From the IMG/VR virus record IMGVR_UViG_3300043449_002191, positions 64,001 to 128,000 of that record: a stretch of DNA of 64,000 nt. The stretch is one strand, 5' to 3'. Numbering within the stretch: position 1 is the first letter of the stretch; each line of letters starts with the position of its first letter. A program made the position numbers and the translations under genes. Below the pieces are notes generated by a model. The model did not search any database. It saw only the letters and a program-made list of their open reading frames with translations, and was not told the origin of the DNA. Below are positions 25,000-35,393 of the stretch, piece by piece. This stretch comes from a virus.

Positions 25000-25977
25000 C
25001 TAAAAGTTAAACTTAAAAACACTCTTCGGCATCAAGGTTGCCCCCTCAATAGCCGTTTTAATTTCATCTTCAGTACACTCACCAAAGTCAGCTTTTTTAC
25101 CGATTAATTCGCATCGGTCTTTGCAAGACTTCGGTACTCTTACTCTATAGCAATCCACAGGGATATCCCTATTAAGCTCTTCCATTTTTCTTTCAGCTTC
25201 GGCATCTTCATCAAGTGCCAAATAAACCTTATCAGGGTTTCCTTTTAAAATCAAGCTTAATTGTTTTTTAGATACGTTTAAACCCATAGTAGCTACATAT
25301 CCACCAATTTTATTGAATTTTAATGCGTCAAACGGACCTTCGCAGATAATTCTATGTTTATAAAGTGATGCAGTATCAACAAACATTACTAAAAGCTCAC
25401 GCCTAAACCCCTTGTTATTTCTCATTCTTTGAGATTTAGGGCAGTCAGGGGAAATATGACGCCCTTGGTATCCATAACACATACCGTTAACGTATATAGG
25501 TATGAGTACTCGCTGCATGAAAGGCGAATACCTGATCCCGTGTTTTTTAGCTAAATCCTTAGAAATACCACGACCTTCTAGATACTTAAGACCTTCCGCA
25601 GAAGACTCCGAATCTATATCAAATGAGCCAAATTCAGGCCATTCATATTGAGTCATTTCTGATTGCTCTTCTTCGCCATCAAAATTAAACTTAAACTCTG
25701 ACTCACTTTGATATTGAGGCTTAAAAAATTTACCTTTAAACAGCTTTTGCTTAGCTTCTTCTTCGGGTATTCCAAGTACGGCTGATACATATCCTACGAA
25801 AGATCTCTTGCCATATGAGCATTTAGCTCTATAGCAAATAGAATAACCATTATCTTTCAGTATAGAAAAATCGGATTCAACGCCACACATAGGGCATTTT
25901 GTATGAATAGTCCTATCTTTTTGCTTAAAAGATATACCATTTTCTGATAAAAAATTGATAATTCTATTATATAACAT
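25000..25977 (-). CDS. dnaG: DNA primase (Zn ribbon + TOPRIM)
   Basis: CPMC...CYRAKC, YLEGRGI, GYQGR, ICEGPFDA, ALDED, DFGE. Confidence 0.9.
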   Translation of the reverse strand: MLYNRIINFLSENGISFKQKDRTIHTKCPMCGVESDFSILKDNGYSICYRAKCSYGKRSFVGYVSAVLGIPEEEAKQKLFKGKFFKPQYQSESEFKFNFDGEEEQSEMTQYEWPEFGSFDIDSESSAEGLKYLEGRGISKDLAKKHGIRYSPFMQRVLIPIYVNGMCYGYQGRHISPDCPKSQRMRNNKGFRRELLVMFVDTASLYKHRIICEGPFDALKFNKIGGYVATMGLNVSKKQLSLILKGNPDKVYLALDEDAEAERKMEELNRDIPVDCYRVRVPKSCKDRCELIGKKADFGECTEDEIKTAIEGATLMPKSVFKFNF

Positions 25978-25984
25978 AAACCTC

Positions 25985-26003
25985 TAGGGGGCAATGCCCC
26001 CTA
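25985..26003. terminator. GC-rich hairpin between recA and primase
   Basis: TAGGGGGC-AAT-GCCCCCTA; no clear U-tract. Confidence 0.5.
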
Positions 26004-26051
26004 TCCTTACTATTTACAGGTTATCACTATATTTCTGTAAAAGCAAGGGGT

Positions 26052-27116
26052 TTATGATAATGCTTTTTCTTCAATCTTTTTGAGGAGTTCTTGCTGGAGA
26101 CCTTCGTCATCACGAATTGCCGTCAAACAAGCAACAAGACCACGGTAGCTGTTTTCGCCAATTTTGTAGGTTACGTTATTTGGTCGCTCAATGATACCCA
26201 TGTTTTTAGCCAATGTAAAGATCTCTTCATACTGATTGATGATACCTTTGTTGTAGTCCAGAGTAAACTCAGCAGTTCGGCCAGAGAACCCAACCGATGA
26301 CTCTTCAATCCTAAAACGAATTTTATGGCCAGTTTTTTGCGCTTTGTTCATAAAGTCTACTACAGATTCATCAGAAAACTCTTCGCCATCCAATGTAACT
26401 TTACCTTCTTTTGATTTATTAGGCTCAGTATAAGCAAAGAACTCAAACATATGTTTTGTAGCCCAAGAAGCAGCCATCTTAACCGTTTTACCACGCATCT
26501 GTTCTTTCATATCCATTTCTGCACGGATATGGGCAGTACAAACAAGCGCAATGTTATACTTACGGATAACTGGCAAGATCATCATTAACCCGTCTTTTAA
26601 TGTAAGGGCTTGGTCACCAATCTGTTGAGTAAGAATTGTGTCAGCGTTCTGAGTCCTGCGACCAACAATATTAGAAAGAGAGTCGATGATGACTAATTTA
26701 ATTGGAGCGCCTTCTTGACACATAGCTGCAATCTCGCCAGCAATACGGTCAAAAATATGCTCAGGCTGATTCACATCATAAGTCAAAAAGCGATCTTCAT
26801 CAATTCCCCATTTAGCCAGTGAAGAGCTGTTAGATTGGAACTTACTACGCATTTCCGTATCAAACTTAATAGCAATAGCTTCTGGGTCTGATTTATGTAA
26901 CCCTCCAATTAAGGCATTCATCATGATTGATTTACCTCCTTTTGGTGGACCATATAAAAGCATGGACATACCAAAAGGGAGTCCGTTTCCTGCTGTAGCA
27001 AAAGTCCAGTTTACGGATGGACTCGGAGTTTTGAGGCAATTTTTCATTGCATCATCACCTTTGCTAACATCCACAGCACCTTCTAAATTTCTAAGTTTTG
27101 TAAGCCATTTACTCAT
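26052..27116 (-). CDS. recA: RecA/UvsX-like recombinase
   Basis: YGPPKGGKS, FDTE, LVIIDSL. Confidence 0.88.
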   Translation of the reverse strand: MSKWLTKLRNLEGAVDVSKGDDAMKNCLKTPSPSVNWTFATAGNGLPFGMSMLLYGPPKGGKSIMMNALIGGLHKSDPEAIAIKFDTEMRSKFQSNSSSLAKWGIDEDRFLTYDVNQPEHIFDRIAGEIAAMCQEGAPIKLVIIDSLSNIVGRRTQNADTILTQQIGDQALTLKDGLMMILPVIRKYNIALVCTAHIRAEMDMKEQMRGKTVKMAASWATKHMFEFFAYTEPNKSKEGKVTLDGEEFSDESVVDFMNKAQKTGHKIRFRIEESSVGFSGRTAEFTLDYNKGIINQYEEIFTLAKNMGIIERPNNVTYKIGENSYRGLVACLTAIRDDEGLQQELLKKIEEKALS

Positions 27117-27118
27117 AA

Positions 27119-27697
27119 TTATCTCCCGTTAGTTTTACCCATAAAGTTTTGTTGATCAACTAAATATGTTTGGCCTTCAAATCCATTATGGGCTGGACTT
27201 GGAGCTACCATTTTTTGAGCGGCTACTGATCTAGCCGTATAATGAGCCCTAATAAATGTAGAAATCTTAGCTTCTATAAGAGTTTTTGCTGCCTGAAGCG
27301 CATTCATAGTATCTAACGATCTTTGGCAATCTTCATCTCTAGCTATTAAAGCTTGTCGGAAATCTTCATTAAATTTAATCCCCAATTCCTTAAACTTTTC
27401 TTTATTCTGTGAAAAGTATTCTGGAGCTTTTTCTAAAAGCACGGTCGCTTTATCTAGATCAAATTGCTTTTCAGCATGAAGAATCTCATACTCAATCCAA
27501 GCAAGATATTTAGACGCAAGGTTTGCAGCTTCATTAAAAAAGGCTTCCAATTCTAAGGCTGTACCCTGATTGGCAATCTTAACTTCAGGCAATCGTTTTT
27601 CGGCCTGATAAATAGTTGCCATATCAAGAGTGATCGGCGCAGAATTTGGCCGACCACTGGGAATAGTTAATATTTGTGTATTAACTTCGCTATTCAT
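27119..27697 (-). CDS. Helical protein, possible UvsY-like recombination mediator
   Basis: Coiled-coil; located between SSB-like and recA genes. Confidence 0.45.
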   Translation of the reverse strand: MNSEVNTQILTIPSGRPNSAPITLDMATIYQAEKRLPEVKIANQGTALELEAFFNEAANLASKYLAWIEYEILHAEKQFDLDKATVLLEKAPEYFSQNKEKFKELGIKFNEDFRQALIARDEDCQRSLDTMNALQAAKTLIEAKISTFIRAHYTARSVAAQKMVAPSPAHNGFEGQTYLVDQQNFMGKTNGR

Positions 27698-27700
27698 AGA

Positions 27701-28753
27701 TTACTTCTTTGGTCTAGTGAATGCTAAGAAATCTTCATCAGACATAACTGCTGCAGGTTTAATAGCCTGAGCCGCTGCTCCTTGAGGTGCGCTTCCTGAC
27801 AAAGGATTGGCGTAAGCCTCTTGAACAGCTTGTCGCTGTTGGACCTGATGAGCCATCATAGGAGCTGCAACATCTACACCTTGAAGCTCTAGGCCATTGG
27901 CTGTCTCTTTAGGAGTAAGAGTAGCACTAGCCGATGTGCCAGGGATTCTGACATTTAAAGAAGATTCTTCTTTTTCAGGGGCAGCAAACAAGGTGTCCAT
28001 TAAACGGGCTCGCTCTTCACCTTCAAGATTTAAAAGCATAGCCATTTCTTCTGTAGAAATCCCTTTAAATAAAGTTCCTAGATCTGCGGCTTCCTTATCG
28101 AGTCGTTCAATGATGTCAGGAGTCAATGTGTGAGGAATGTAACGGAAAGACCCGTCTTGTTGCGGAACCATATGGACATTAGCTGTATGGATAGCATCTT
28201 TATCACCTTTAAACTTTTTGTTAATCTTAAAGTTTAAAAACACGCCATTTAATCCAGCCAAATTGATGCCTTTTTGCTGCCATTCTTTACCCTTTGATTC
28301 AAGGTCGTTAAACATTTTTTGACCAATGGCCAAAACACCTAATTGATTCTCTTGATTGATAACATTGATGTAATATTTCTTTTCAACTTGAAGAGGGAAG
28401 ATATACTGATAGCGGAATTTTTTCAATTGCTCATCAGAGGCTCCTCCTAAGCGAAGCTCTTCAAGGCGTGATTCTAATTCACGTACTCGGTCACAAAAAG
28501 GACAATGTTTTACAATAACTCCATCTTTATTCTTTTCTTCGACACACAGGAAGGGCTTTTGTTTACCATCAGTTCCACGGACACCTCTGTGTACTTTATA
28601 ATATTTAGCTACACGTCCAGAGTTTGCCATACTCTTAATAGGTGGAATAATACGATAAATATTATCTTTGGTGTCATCAACGTAAAACCATTTTACACCA
28701 CCGCTAAAGTTTTTGTTTCCAGAAAAGTCTGCGCTACCGATTTGAACTGACAT
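27701..28753 (-). CDS. gp32-like single-stranded DNA-binding protein
   Basis: DNIYRIIPP, H...FLC...CPFC Zn site, KYYINVI, acidic SDEDFL tail. Confidence 0.75.
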   Translation of the reverse strand: MSVQIGSADFSGNKNFSGGVKWFYVDDTKDNIYRIIPPIKSMANSGRVAKYYKVHRGVRGTDGKQKPFLCVEEKNKDGVIVKHCPFCDRVRELESRLEELRLGGASDEQLKKFRYQYIFPLQVEKKYYINVINQENQLGVLAIGQKMFNDLESKGKEWQQKGINLAGLNGVFLNFKINKKFKGDKDAIHTANVHMVPQQDGSFRYIPHTLTPDIIERLDKEAADLGTLFKGISTEEMAMLLNLEGEERARLMDTLFAAPEKEESSLNVRIPGTSASATLTPKETANGLELQGVDVAAPMMAHQVQQRQAVQEAYANPLSGSAPQGAAAQAIKPAAVMSDEDFLAFTRPKK

Positions 28754-28766
28754 ATGTCCTCCTGTT

Positions 28767-29492
28767 TTAGCCTACAATTTGGCCTTTGTTTTTAGACTTA
28801 ATCATAGCTCTTACTTCTCCTAAGAGCTTTTTAATATTATTATCATTTAAATCAATTGAGCTTGGCACTTCTGTAGCCAAAATTTGGCGTGGAAGCATTT
28901 GCTCACTCAATCCATCAATAGCATTATACACCAAAACCACATTTTTCTTACCAGAAAATTTAGCCTTAAGTGCAGCTTCACCGATTTGTCGTTTTACAAT
29001 AGCCGATTCCAATTCATTTCCATAGTTTTTTCTAAGCATATTTTCAACGGCTTCTTCTACAGGAACATCATAAACCCTATCTGAAGGGCTTACTACTGGT
29101 GTAGGCAATTGGGAAATATTAAACTCAGTGCGGATTTGAGCAAATACGTTAAGAAGAACAAAGTGCGAGTTAGATGTATACAAAGGTCCAGATTGACTCT
29201 TAACCAATGTCGATACAAGCCTGCTTCTTAGATATGAGGCGTCTACAGATGGGACCCCATATGCTTCAGCTTTTTTACAGAAATCCTCTGCATTTTCTCC
29301 TGTAACAAGTACAATGTCTGTCAAATCTGATGCTAAGCTTTTGTACTGATCTTCTAGTACTTTTAATTCTGTTGCGGCATTGTTTTTCAATGCTTCTGCC
29401 TGGGCTCTAATCCTGTGATCAACATCTTCTACGTTAATTGAGGCTTCGGCTTTTTTATCTGCAATTTTTTCTAATAACTCTTTTAAATCCAT
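28767..29492 (-). CDS. Hypothetical protein
   Basis: AGGAG SD, GCTATAAT upstream. Confidence 0.7.
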   Translation of the reverse strand: MDLKELLEKIADKKAEASINVEDVDHRIRAQAEALKNNAATELKVLEDQYKSLASDLTDIVLVTGENAEDFCKKAEAYGVPSVDASYLRSRLVSTLVKSQSGPLYTSNSHFVLLNVFAQIRTEFNISQLPTPVVSPSDRVYDVPVEEAVENMLRKNYGNELESAIVKRQIGEAALKAKFSGKKNVVLVYNAIDGLSEQMLPRQILATEVPSSIDLNDNNIKKLLGEVRAMIKSKNKGQIVG

Positions 29493-29523
29493 ATTGATCT
29501 CCTTAAATACTATTATAGCTCTT

Positions 29524-32500
29524 TTACGACATATTATACTTTTCTAAATCTTCCTGCTTAATATAAGTATCTAGCTTTCTTAATGAAATGCCTCTGTGTG
29601 AAATTTTGTAAGTAGCTAAGGCAATAAGACCTTTATACCCCATTGGAGCTAAAGATGTTCCATAAGCTGGCCACAAAACTTCTTCGGAAAAGGTTCCGTT
29701 ACAATCTAGTACTACTTTGGTTGCTTGTTTTGATTTATTTTGATAACTAAAAGCTTTTTCCTCAATAACATATGAGATAGTATTGATATCTACATCTTGT
29801 CCACCAGGAATTAAAGCTAAATCCCAGTTAATGCTAGCGTCTTTTGGAAGTAGTTTTTGAAGGAAAACTTTCATCTTAGTCATGTCGTTTTCTGCAGCCC
29901 ACTCTTTTAGTTTTTCTAAATGAAACCCATCAATAATAGGTCTTTTATCCTGAGACATCCAGATATATACACCATGACCTGCAGCAGATTCCACTTTTAA
30001 GCCACCACGTTTAGGTAAAACTATATCTCTCAAGTCGTCAGAGTGAATTGTAATAAGCTGCTTTTTAATCATGTACTTACCCAAAGAAGTCATGCCAATA
30101 TATTCTTCAGGGACTTTTTTAGGCTTTTCTTTACGAATTTCACCTTTAATCTTTTCAAACATCATGAGCTTTTCCTCTGTCGGCATTCCTTCAGGAAACA
30201 GGGAGTCTAGGACGCCAGCGGCAATAAGTTTTAAGCTTATGCCAGTATTTACTGCAGATCTACCTTCCTCAGAGTCTTTGGCTCTTTTAGAGTGATGAGT
30301 AGAGATGTACTGATGAATAGACGTATACGGCTTGCCTTTCATTAAAGCGTGGTAAGCTTTTTCACCAACCCCGTTAAGGATAGAGAATGGGGCAATGATC
30401 TTATCATTCTTAAGCTCATATGTATCTGTCGAGGAGTTAATGTCTGGGAGCAATGTAAACTCGGAGACGTGCCTCCAGAACTTTGATGCAAGCTCATCTT
30501 TTGATGAGTTAGATAAGATTGCTTTCCACCAGTCAAGAGGATAGCGAGTTTTAAGATACATACAGGCATAGGCTACATATGCGTATGATACAGCGTGGGA
30601 TTTATTAAACGCATAGTTTGCAGAAGCCATGATCTGCTTGATTAGCAGGTTAACCTGATCTTCAGTCCAGCCTTTTTTTAAGGCAGCTTCTTTAAGTTTA
30701 TTTGAAGCATCGTTTAGGACCTTCATATTCTTTTTGCCGATACCACGACGAACTTCATCGGCTTCCGCATCATCCATTTCAGCTATTTTTTTGAAGATTT
30801 CAATCGTCTGCTCTTGATATAACTGTACCCCATTAGTTTCGCCTAAAATAGGCTCTAAGTCGTTATTTACGTAAACAGTAGCTTCGCCCTTACTTCGTGC
30901 CACAAACACTTCTGATAGAGTTCTAGAGCTTGTTTCATTTTCAGGAGCATCTAATGTACCAGGACGGCAAAGTGCGGTTATAGCGGCAATCTGGTCTATA
31001 GTCTTGGGTTTAGTAGCTATCAAGTAAGGTCTAACTGTGGGAGTATCGAACTGGAATACAGATTCTGTATATCCAAGTCCAAAGTTTTCCCAGCATTCTG
31101 AGTCATCGGGAAGATTCCATGGGTCCAAGATTACCCCTGTACGCTCTTTAATTGACCTTAAGGCGGCCTGAATATCCTTGAGGGTATTTACACCCAGTAA
31201 GTCGAATTTAACGCCCCCAGCGGCTTCTGCCCACTTAGGAGAGAAGGCGGTAACCCATTCATTTTTAGCTTGAATGATAGGCATATAGTCCGTAACAGGA
31301 TTATCGGTAATTAAATAGCCACAAGCATGACTTCCCTTGTTTCTCTGTACGCCCATCATTTCGGTAACTACCGCCCATACCTCTGGGTTAGCATCTGCAT
31401 ATTTTTGTAATTTTTCGTTACTTTCAAGTAAACCCTGATTGTGAACACCACTTTCGTCTGTGTACCCAAAAACAAAGTCATAATCCTCGACCCCTTGTGG
31501 AGTCTGAGGCAAGGCTTTAGTAAGATCTTCGGTTTCTTTTCGGACTGAGCCAAGAATAGTTCTTTCCGCATCTTTAATTGAAGACTTTAACTTTAGTAAT
31601 ACGTTTGTCGATAATCTACAAACTGAATCGCCATACTTGTCATTTAAATACTGAATAACCTTACCTTGATCAGAAACGTCCATATCAACGTCAGGCAAAG
31701 TATTTGCTTTAATGCGGCCTTCAGTCAAGAATCGACCGAATGATAATCCATGTTTTAAGGGATTAATACCAGACACGCCGATTAAATAAAGCAGTAAGCT
31801 GCCTCCAGCGGAACCACGGACATTGAGAAGAACGTCATTCTCTTTGCAGAAGTTAGCAATATCTTCAATAGTTTCAAAATACGCTAATAAATTGATTTTA
31901 GAATTATAAGCAAGAACCTCTATCTCCATTTTAAGTCTATCCATCATTTCTTGGTTTGACCAATCCATACGGCCATACTTATCAATAGTAGACTTAAGTC
32001 GATTTAAAAATCTTTCTGAATCACCAGCCAATATCCATCTGTTTTCTGAAGTTTCTAATTTAAAGTCATTAAATTTAGATGCCCACTGATAAGAGTTATC
32101 AACCCACTCTTCGATATCTTTATCAGAAACACCTAGACTAGCTTTAAGCTTTTCTGCAGCTTCATCAGTACTTAAAATGTGATACGATTCATGGAAACGC
32201 CAATTTTCTTGGCCATTTCCAAGGCGAGAGTCTTGAATAGCTTTATGCTCAGGGTTTGCAAAGTGCGAGTCTAAGGATATAAGGGCAGGATCTTTGTGTT
32301 TTTTAGCAAGTTCTAACACAAACTGATTCAAAGGCTTTTGCCTGTCTTTATCATGTTCGCAGCTACATTCATTTTCCTTAAAATACCCAGGTTTAACAAT
32401 TCTACCTGAGTCATCTTTTTCCGGTCTAACCCATTCATGAGTAACTGAGTGAGGAAAAACCTCTACAAAAAATCCGTCCTGAGCGATTTCTTTAAGTTTC

Positions 32501-33123
32501 AGGTACATATGCTCGGCTCTTTTAGTGTCAGGCTTAATCAATCCATTCCTTGAGCCAAGCAAAAACCATTGAACTGGGCCTCTCATACATGAGCTACCTA
32601 TTGTGACCTGCCCTTTGACTGACATTAATTCCTCAATAGTAATCATGGGTTTAGTTTCGCCGACCTTAACAATAGATCGCTCCCACATAGCTTTAGAAAT
32701 TTTACAGAAATACTGGTATGCTTGTGGAGTCCTAAAATGTACAGTAACGTGAAGATATGTGTCACCCATTGCCTGAGATTTAGCTTCAGATTCGATGTCT
32801 GCATCAGAAAGATCAGTCTTTTTACCCCTGAGCCCTTTAGGTTTAATAGCCTTATTTTTAAGGGCTACTTTGTAAAGGTTTACGTATTCTTCATAGAAAG
32901 GGTTTACCATATAGGCTTCGATGCCTAGAATAGGTTTAGCACCTTTTTTATTAGCCAATACATATAGTTCCATAGCTGAATTCATGTGCCCATGTTCAGT
33001 AAAAGTTACATGGGTAGCGCCAAGTTCTAGATTTTTTTCGATTATTTGAGATACTGTAGAGCCGCCGTCTAAACTATAGTCAGAGTGACTATGTGGATTA
33101 TTTAACTGTTTAAATTTGCCCAT
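29524..33123 (-). CDS. dnaE: DNA polymerase III alpha subunit (family C)
   Basis: PHP HSHSDYSLDG/TEHG, RGSAGGSL, PDVDMD, KFDLLG, YQEQ, YAFNKSHAVSY. Confidence 0.96.
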   Translation of the reverse strand: MGKFKQLNNPHSHSDYSLDGGSTVSQIIEKNLELGATHVTFTEHGHMNSAMELYVLANKKGAKPILGIEAYMVNPFYEEYVNLYKVALKNKAIKPKGLRGKKTDLSDADIESEAKSQAMGDTYLHVTVHFRTPQAYQYFCKISKAMWERSIVKVGETKPMITIEELMSVKGQVTIGSSCMRGPVQWFLLGSRNGLIKPDTKRAEHMYLKLKEIAQDGFFVEVFPHSVTHEWVRPEKDDSGRIVKPGYFKENECSCEHDKDRQKPLNQFVLELAKKHKDPALISLDSHFANPEHKAIQDSRLGNGQENWRFHESYHILSTDEAAEKLKASLGVSDKDIEEWVDNSYQWASKFNDFKLETSENRWILAGDSERFLNRLKSTIDKYGRMDWSNQEMMDRLKMEIEVLAYNSKINLLAYFETIEDIANFCKENDVLLNVRGSAGGSLLLYLIGVSGINPLKHGLSFGRFLTEGRIKANTLPDVDMDVSDQGKVIQYLNDKYGDSVCRLSTNVLLKLKSSIKDAERTILGSVRKETEDLTKALPQTPQGVEDYDFVFGYTDESGVHNQGLLESNEKLQKYADANPEVWAVVTEMMGVQRNKGSHACGYLITDNPVTDYMPIIQAKNEWVTAFSPKWAEAAGGVKFDLLGVNTLKDIQAALRSIKERTGVILDPWNLPDDSECWENFGLGYTESVFQFDTPTVRPYLIATKPKTIDQIAAITALCRPGTLDAPENETSSRTLSEVFVARSKGEATVYVNNDLEPILGETNGVQLYQEQTIEIFKKIAEMDDAEADEVRRGIGKKNMKVLNDASNKLKEAALKKGWTEDQVNLLIKQIMASANYAFNKSHAVSYAYVAYACMYLKTRYPLDWWKAILSNSSKDELASKFWRHVSEFTLLPDINSSTDTYELKNDKIIAPFSILNGVGEKAYHALMKGKPYTSIHQYISTHHSKRAKDSEEGRSAVNTGISLKLIAAGVLDSLFPEGMPTEEKLMMFEKIKGEIRKEKPKKVPEEYIGMTSLGKYMIKKQLITIHSDDLRDIVLPKRGGLKVESAAGHGVYIWMSQDKRPIIDGFHLEKLKEWAAENDMTKMKVFLQKLLPKDASINWDLALIPGGQDVDINTISYVIEEKAFSYQNKSKQATKVVLDCNGTFSEEVLWPAYGTSLAPMGYKGLIALATYKISHRGISLRKLDTYIKQEDLEKYNMS

Positions 33124-33141
33124 TTAACCCTCGCTAAGACG

Positions 33142-33357
33142 TTATTGGTCCACCTTGAAACCATGTCTTAGCTTAATTATAGCACAATTATAAATATCGT
33201 CCAGTTCTTTTTGAGTTAGATGTAGCGCTTTTTTGATTAATGTCTCAGGAACGCCATCAGGATAAGCATCAAGCATTTTATTAAGTGAATTACCAAACTT
33301 TGGCATATCCACAAAATCGCCGTCCATAAGAATTTTATCTTTTATGTTTTTACTCAC
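33142..33357 (-). CDS. Small HTH-like protein
   Basis: GVPETLIKKALHLTQKELDDIYNCAIIKLR resembles sigma region 4 HTH; GTG start inferred. Confidence 0.55.
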   Translation of the reverse strand: MSKNIKDKILMDGDFVDMPKFGNSLNKMLDAYPDGVPETLIKKALHLTQKELDDIYNCAIIKLRHGFKVDQ

Positions 33358-33727
33358 GTTTTTTAAATTCCAAAAGTTTAAAGGAGACATCTTTCATTTC
33401 GTCTTCATATCTCATTATAGCATCTTTTTTATTCTCAATATTTTTATCGAGAAAAATAATCTTGCGGCTAATTTGATCGGCCTGCTCAAGTAAAGATGCC
33501 CTTTTGTAATTTAAATGTATATATTCGGAAATACTTACAATTAATGCGCTTGTTTTTAGGATTTTAAGAGTTTCGTCTATTGTTTTTATTCTAGATTCTG
33601 TAGAGCTTAATTTAATAAGCTCTTTTTCTTTTTCATTATTTAAAAGGCGAATGGATTCCTCTGCCACTTCTATAAGAGCAATTAAATCAGTTACATAGAT
33701 GTTATCTTCTGGGACCCATATTGTCAT
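33350..33727 (-). CDS. Coiled-coil hypothetical protein
   Basis: Heptad-rich. Confidence 0.65.
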   Translation of the reverse strand: MTIWVPEDNIYVTDLIALIEVAEESIRLLNNEKEKELIKLSSTESRIKTIDETLKILKTSALIVSISEYIHLNYKRASLLEQADQISRKIIFLDKNIENKKDAIMRYEDEMKDVSFKLLEFKKRE

Positions 33728-33728
33728 A

Positions 33729-34061
33729 TTAAGTTATACTACGTTTTTGGTGTGAACAGGCTTCATTATCGCAAGTTAGTGTTGTCAGTTTTTTACCATC
33801 AGCCCTTTCCATTGACCAATATTTATACTTACCTTTTCCACAAACCTCACAAGACTGACCATCCTGTTTATTCTTTTTTTTCTTACCTTTTTTCTCTATT
33901 TCCTCTGGTTCTTCTCCAAGTTTTTTGTTTTGTAAAAATTGCAACGCTTTATCAAGGGCCTTACGAAGACTGGCATTTTCTTTTTTAAGTTTTTCTAATT
34001 CCTTTTTAAGTTGCCTAATTTTGTTTGACCCGTCAGCTCTATCTCCAAAAGAGCGTCCCAT
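33729..34061 (-). CDS. Coiled-coil plus zinc-ribbon protein
   Basis: GAGGT SD before MGRSF; CEVCGKG...CDNEAC. Confidence 0.7.
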   Translation of the reverse strand: MGRSFGDRADGSNKIRQLKKELEKLKKENASLRKALDKALQFLQNKKLGEEPEEIEKKGKKKKNKQDGQSCEVCGKGKYKYWSMERADGKKLTTLTCDNEACSHQKRSIT

Positions 34062-34077
34062 ATTAACCTCGTCGGGT

Positions 34078-35355
34078 TTAATCCTCAATGCTTGTAAAAG
34101 GTTTGATAATTTCGTCCAATGAGCTGTCCTTTTCAGCTCCACTTGCGTTAATAAAACGCTGGTCTCCAACGGCATGATCTTCCGTTGTTTCCCACATTAC
34201 TTGGTTTTGCGGTGAGTTCATAATACTAAAAGTTTGAGCAAATGAGTTCGGTGGAACTAAAGCTCCATTTAGAATTAAGAAGGCTCCATTAGGAAGTTGC
34301 GTACTAAGAGATAGGTGTACGTGACCTAGAGCAAACACTGCGTACTTTTCATCATCTTTTAAGGATGAGTTTAATCTATTAATTTGAGTTTCAATTGATC
34401 TAATTGAAATTGTATTTCCAGGATTCCCTACATTTAAATTTGTGTCACCATGTGTAGCGTATACTTTATGACCTAGCGCATCATAAACTACCCAAGGAGT
34501 AAGGGGTTGATAGAATTTCACATTCGTAATATGTGAACATGATTTTTTAACAGCATAGTAAATGGAAGTCTCTAATGCGTTCCATTTTTGAGATGTAGCT
34601 CTGCCATTATGAACAGAAACGTCTCGACCATGATTTCCTACGGCAAAATTAACAACTACTTCAGGAAAGTTTTCAGCAAAACGTGCAATACCCTGACTCA
34701 GCAAGTGAATAGCACGGCAAACCTGTTCATGTACAGGTGCTGCAGAAGATTTATCATGAAGCTCATTCTCAATAATGTCTCCTAAAATAGATACGACTAG
34801 TTTTGTCTCATCTCTATAGTGATCTTTATATGAGCATACATTTTTAACAATCTTAGCAAAAGACCTAGACTCTTCAATCTTACCCCAGTTGTGACCAGTC
34901 TCTCTAGCTTCTAGATCGCTACCAAAGTGAAGGTCACTCAAAAGTAAGTTGAGTACCCTCTTTGTTTTTTTGCCTGTCTTCTTTTTTGAAGAAACTTTAT
35001 AGGGTTTGATATCCAGCTTAGGCTGTTTCTTTAAGATTTCATCCAAGTTTCTAAGAAAAAGATCTCTGTCGCCGATTTTTCTTTCAGTTTCAAGTTGCTT
35101 TTTTCTTAGGCTTTTCATGTCGTTAACTGATGCTAAGTCTTTTTGAATCTCATGCCCAAAATGTACGGTTCTAATTTGAGTAAATCCGCCAAACTTTCGG
35201 AGAGCCCACTCAGTTGCAAGCCCTCCGTTAGAGAAATACTCAGTAATTTTTAACAGAGACGGCTCCACATTTGCGGCCCTTGCCACTTTCTTGATATCAG
35301 CTACGATATCCTTAAGAGTCAAATTAGTAGTCTCAGTTTTTTTAACCTTGCCCAT
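34078..35355 (-). CDS. Calcineurin-like metallophosphoesterase
   Basis: LSDLHFG, LGDIIE, GNHGR, THGD, GHVH. Confidence 0.88.
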   Translation of the reverse strand: MGKVKKTETTNLTLKDIVADIKKVARAANVEPSLLKITEYFSNGGLATEWALRKFGGFTQIRTVHFGHEIQKDLASVNDMKSLRKKQLETERKIGDRDLFLRNLDEILKKQPKLDIKPYKVSSKKKTGKKTKRVLNLLLSDLHFGSDLEARETGHNWGKIEESRSFAKIVKNVCSYKDHYRDETKLVVSILGDIIENELHDKSSAAPVHEQVCRAIHLLSQGIARFAENFPEVVVNFAVGNHGRDVSVHNGRATSQKWNALETSIYYAVKKSCSHITNVKFYQPLTPWVVYDALGHKVYATHGDTNLNVGNPGNTISIRSIETQINRLNSSLKDDEKYAVFALGHVHLSLSTQLPNGAFLILNGALVPPNSFAQTFSIMNSPQNQVMWETTEDHAVGDQRFINASGAEKDSSLDEIIKPFTSIED

Positions 35356-35372
35356 TAAATACCTCACTGTTT

Positions 35373-35383
35373 ATAAGATTAGG
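35373..35383 (-). promoter_or_regulatory. Putative late promoter CCTAATCTTAT
   Basis: ataagattagg on + strand, directly upstream of the phosphoesterase SD. Confidence 0.7.
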
Positions 35384-35393
35384 CACTATTGCC

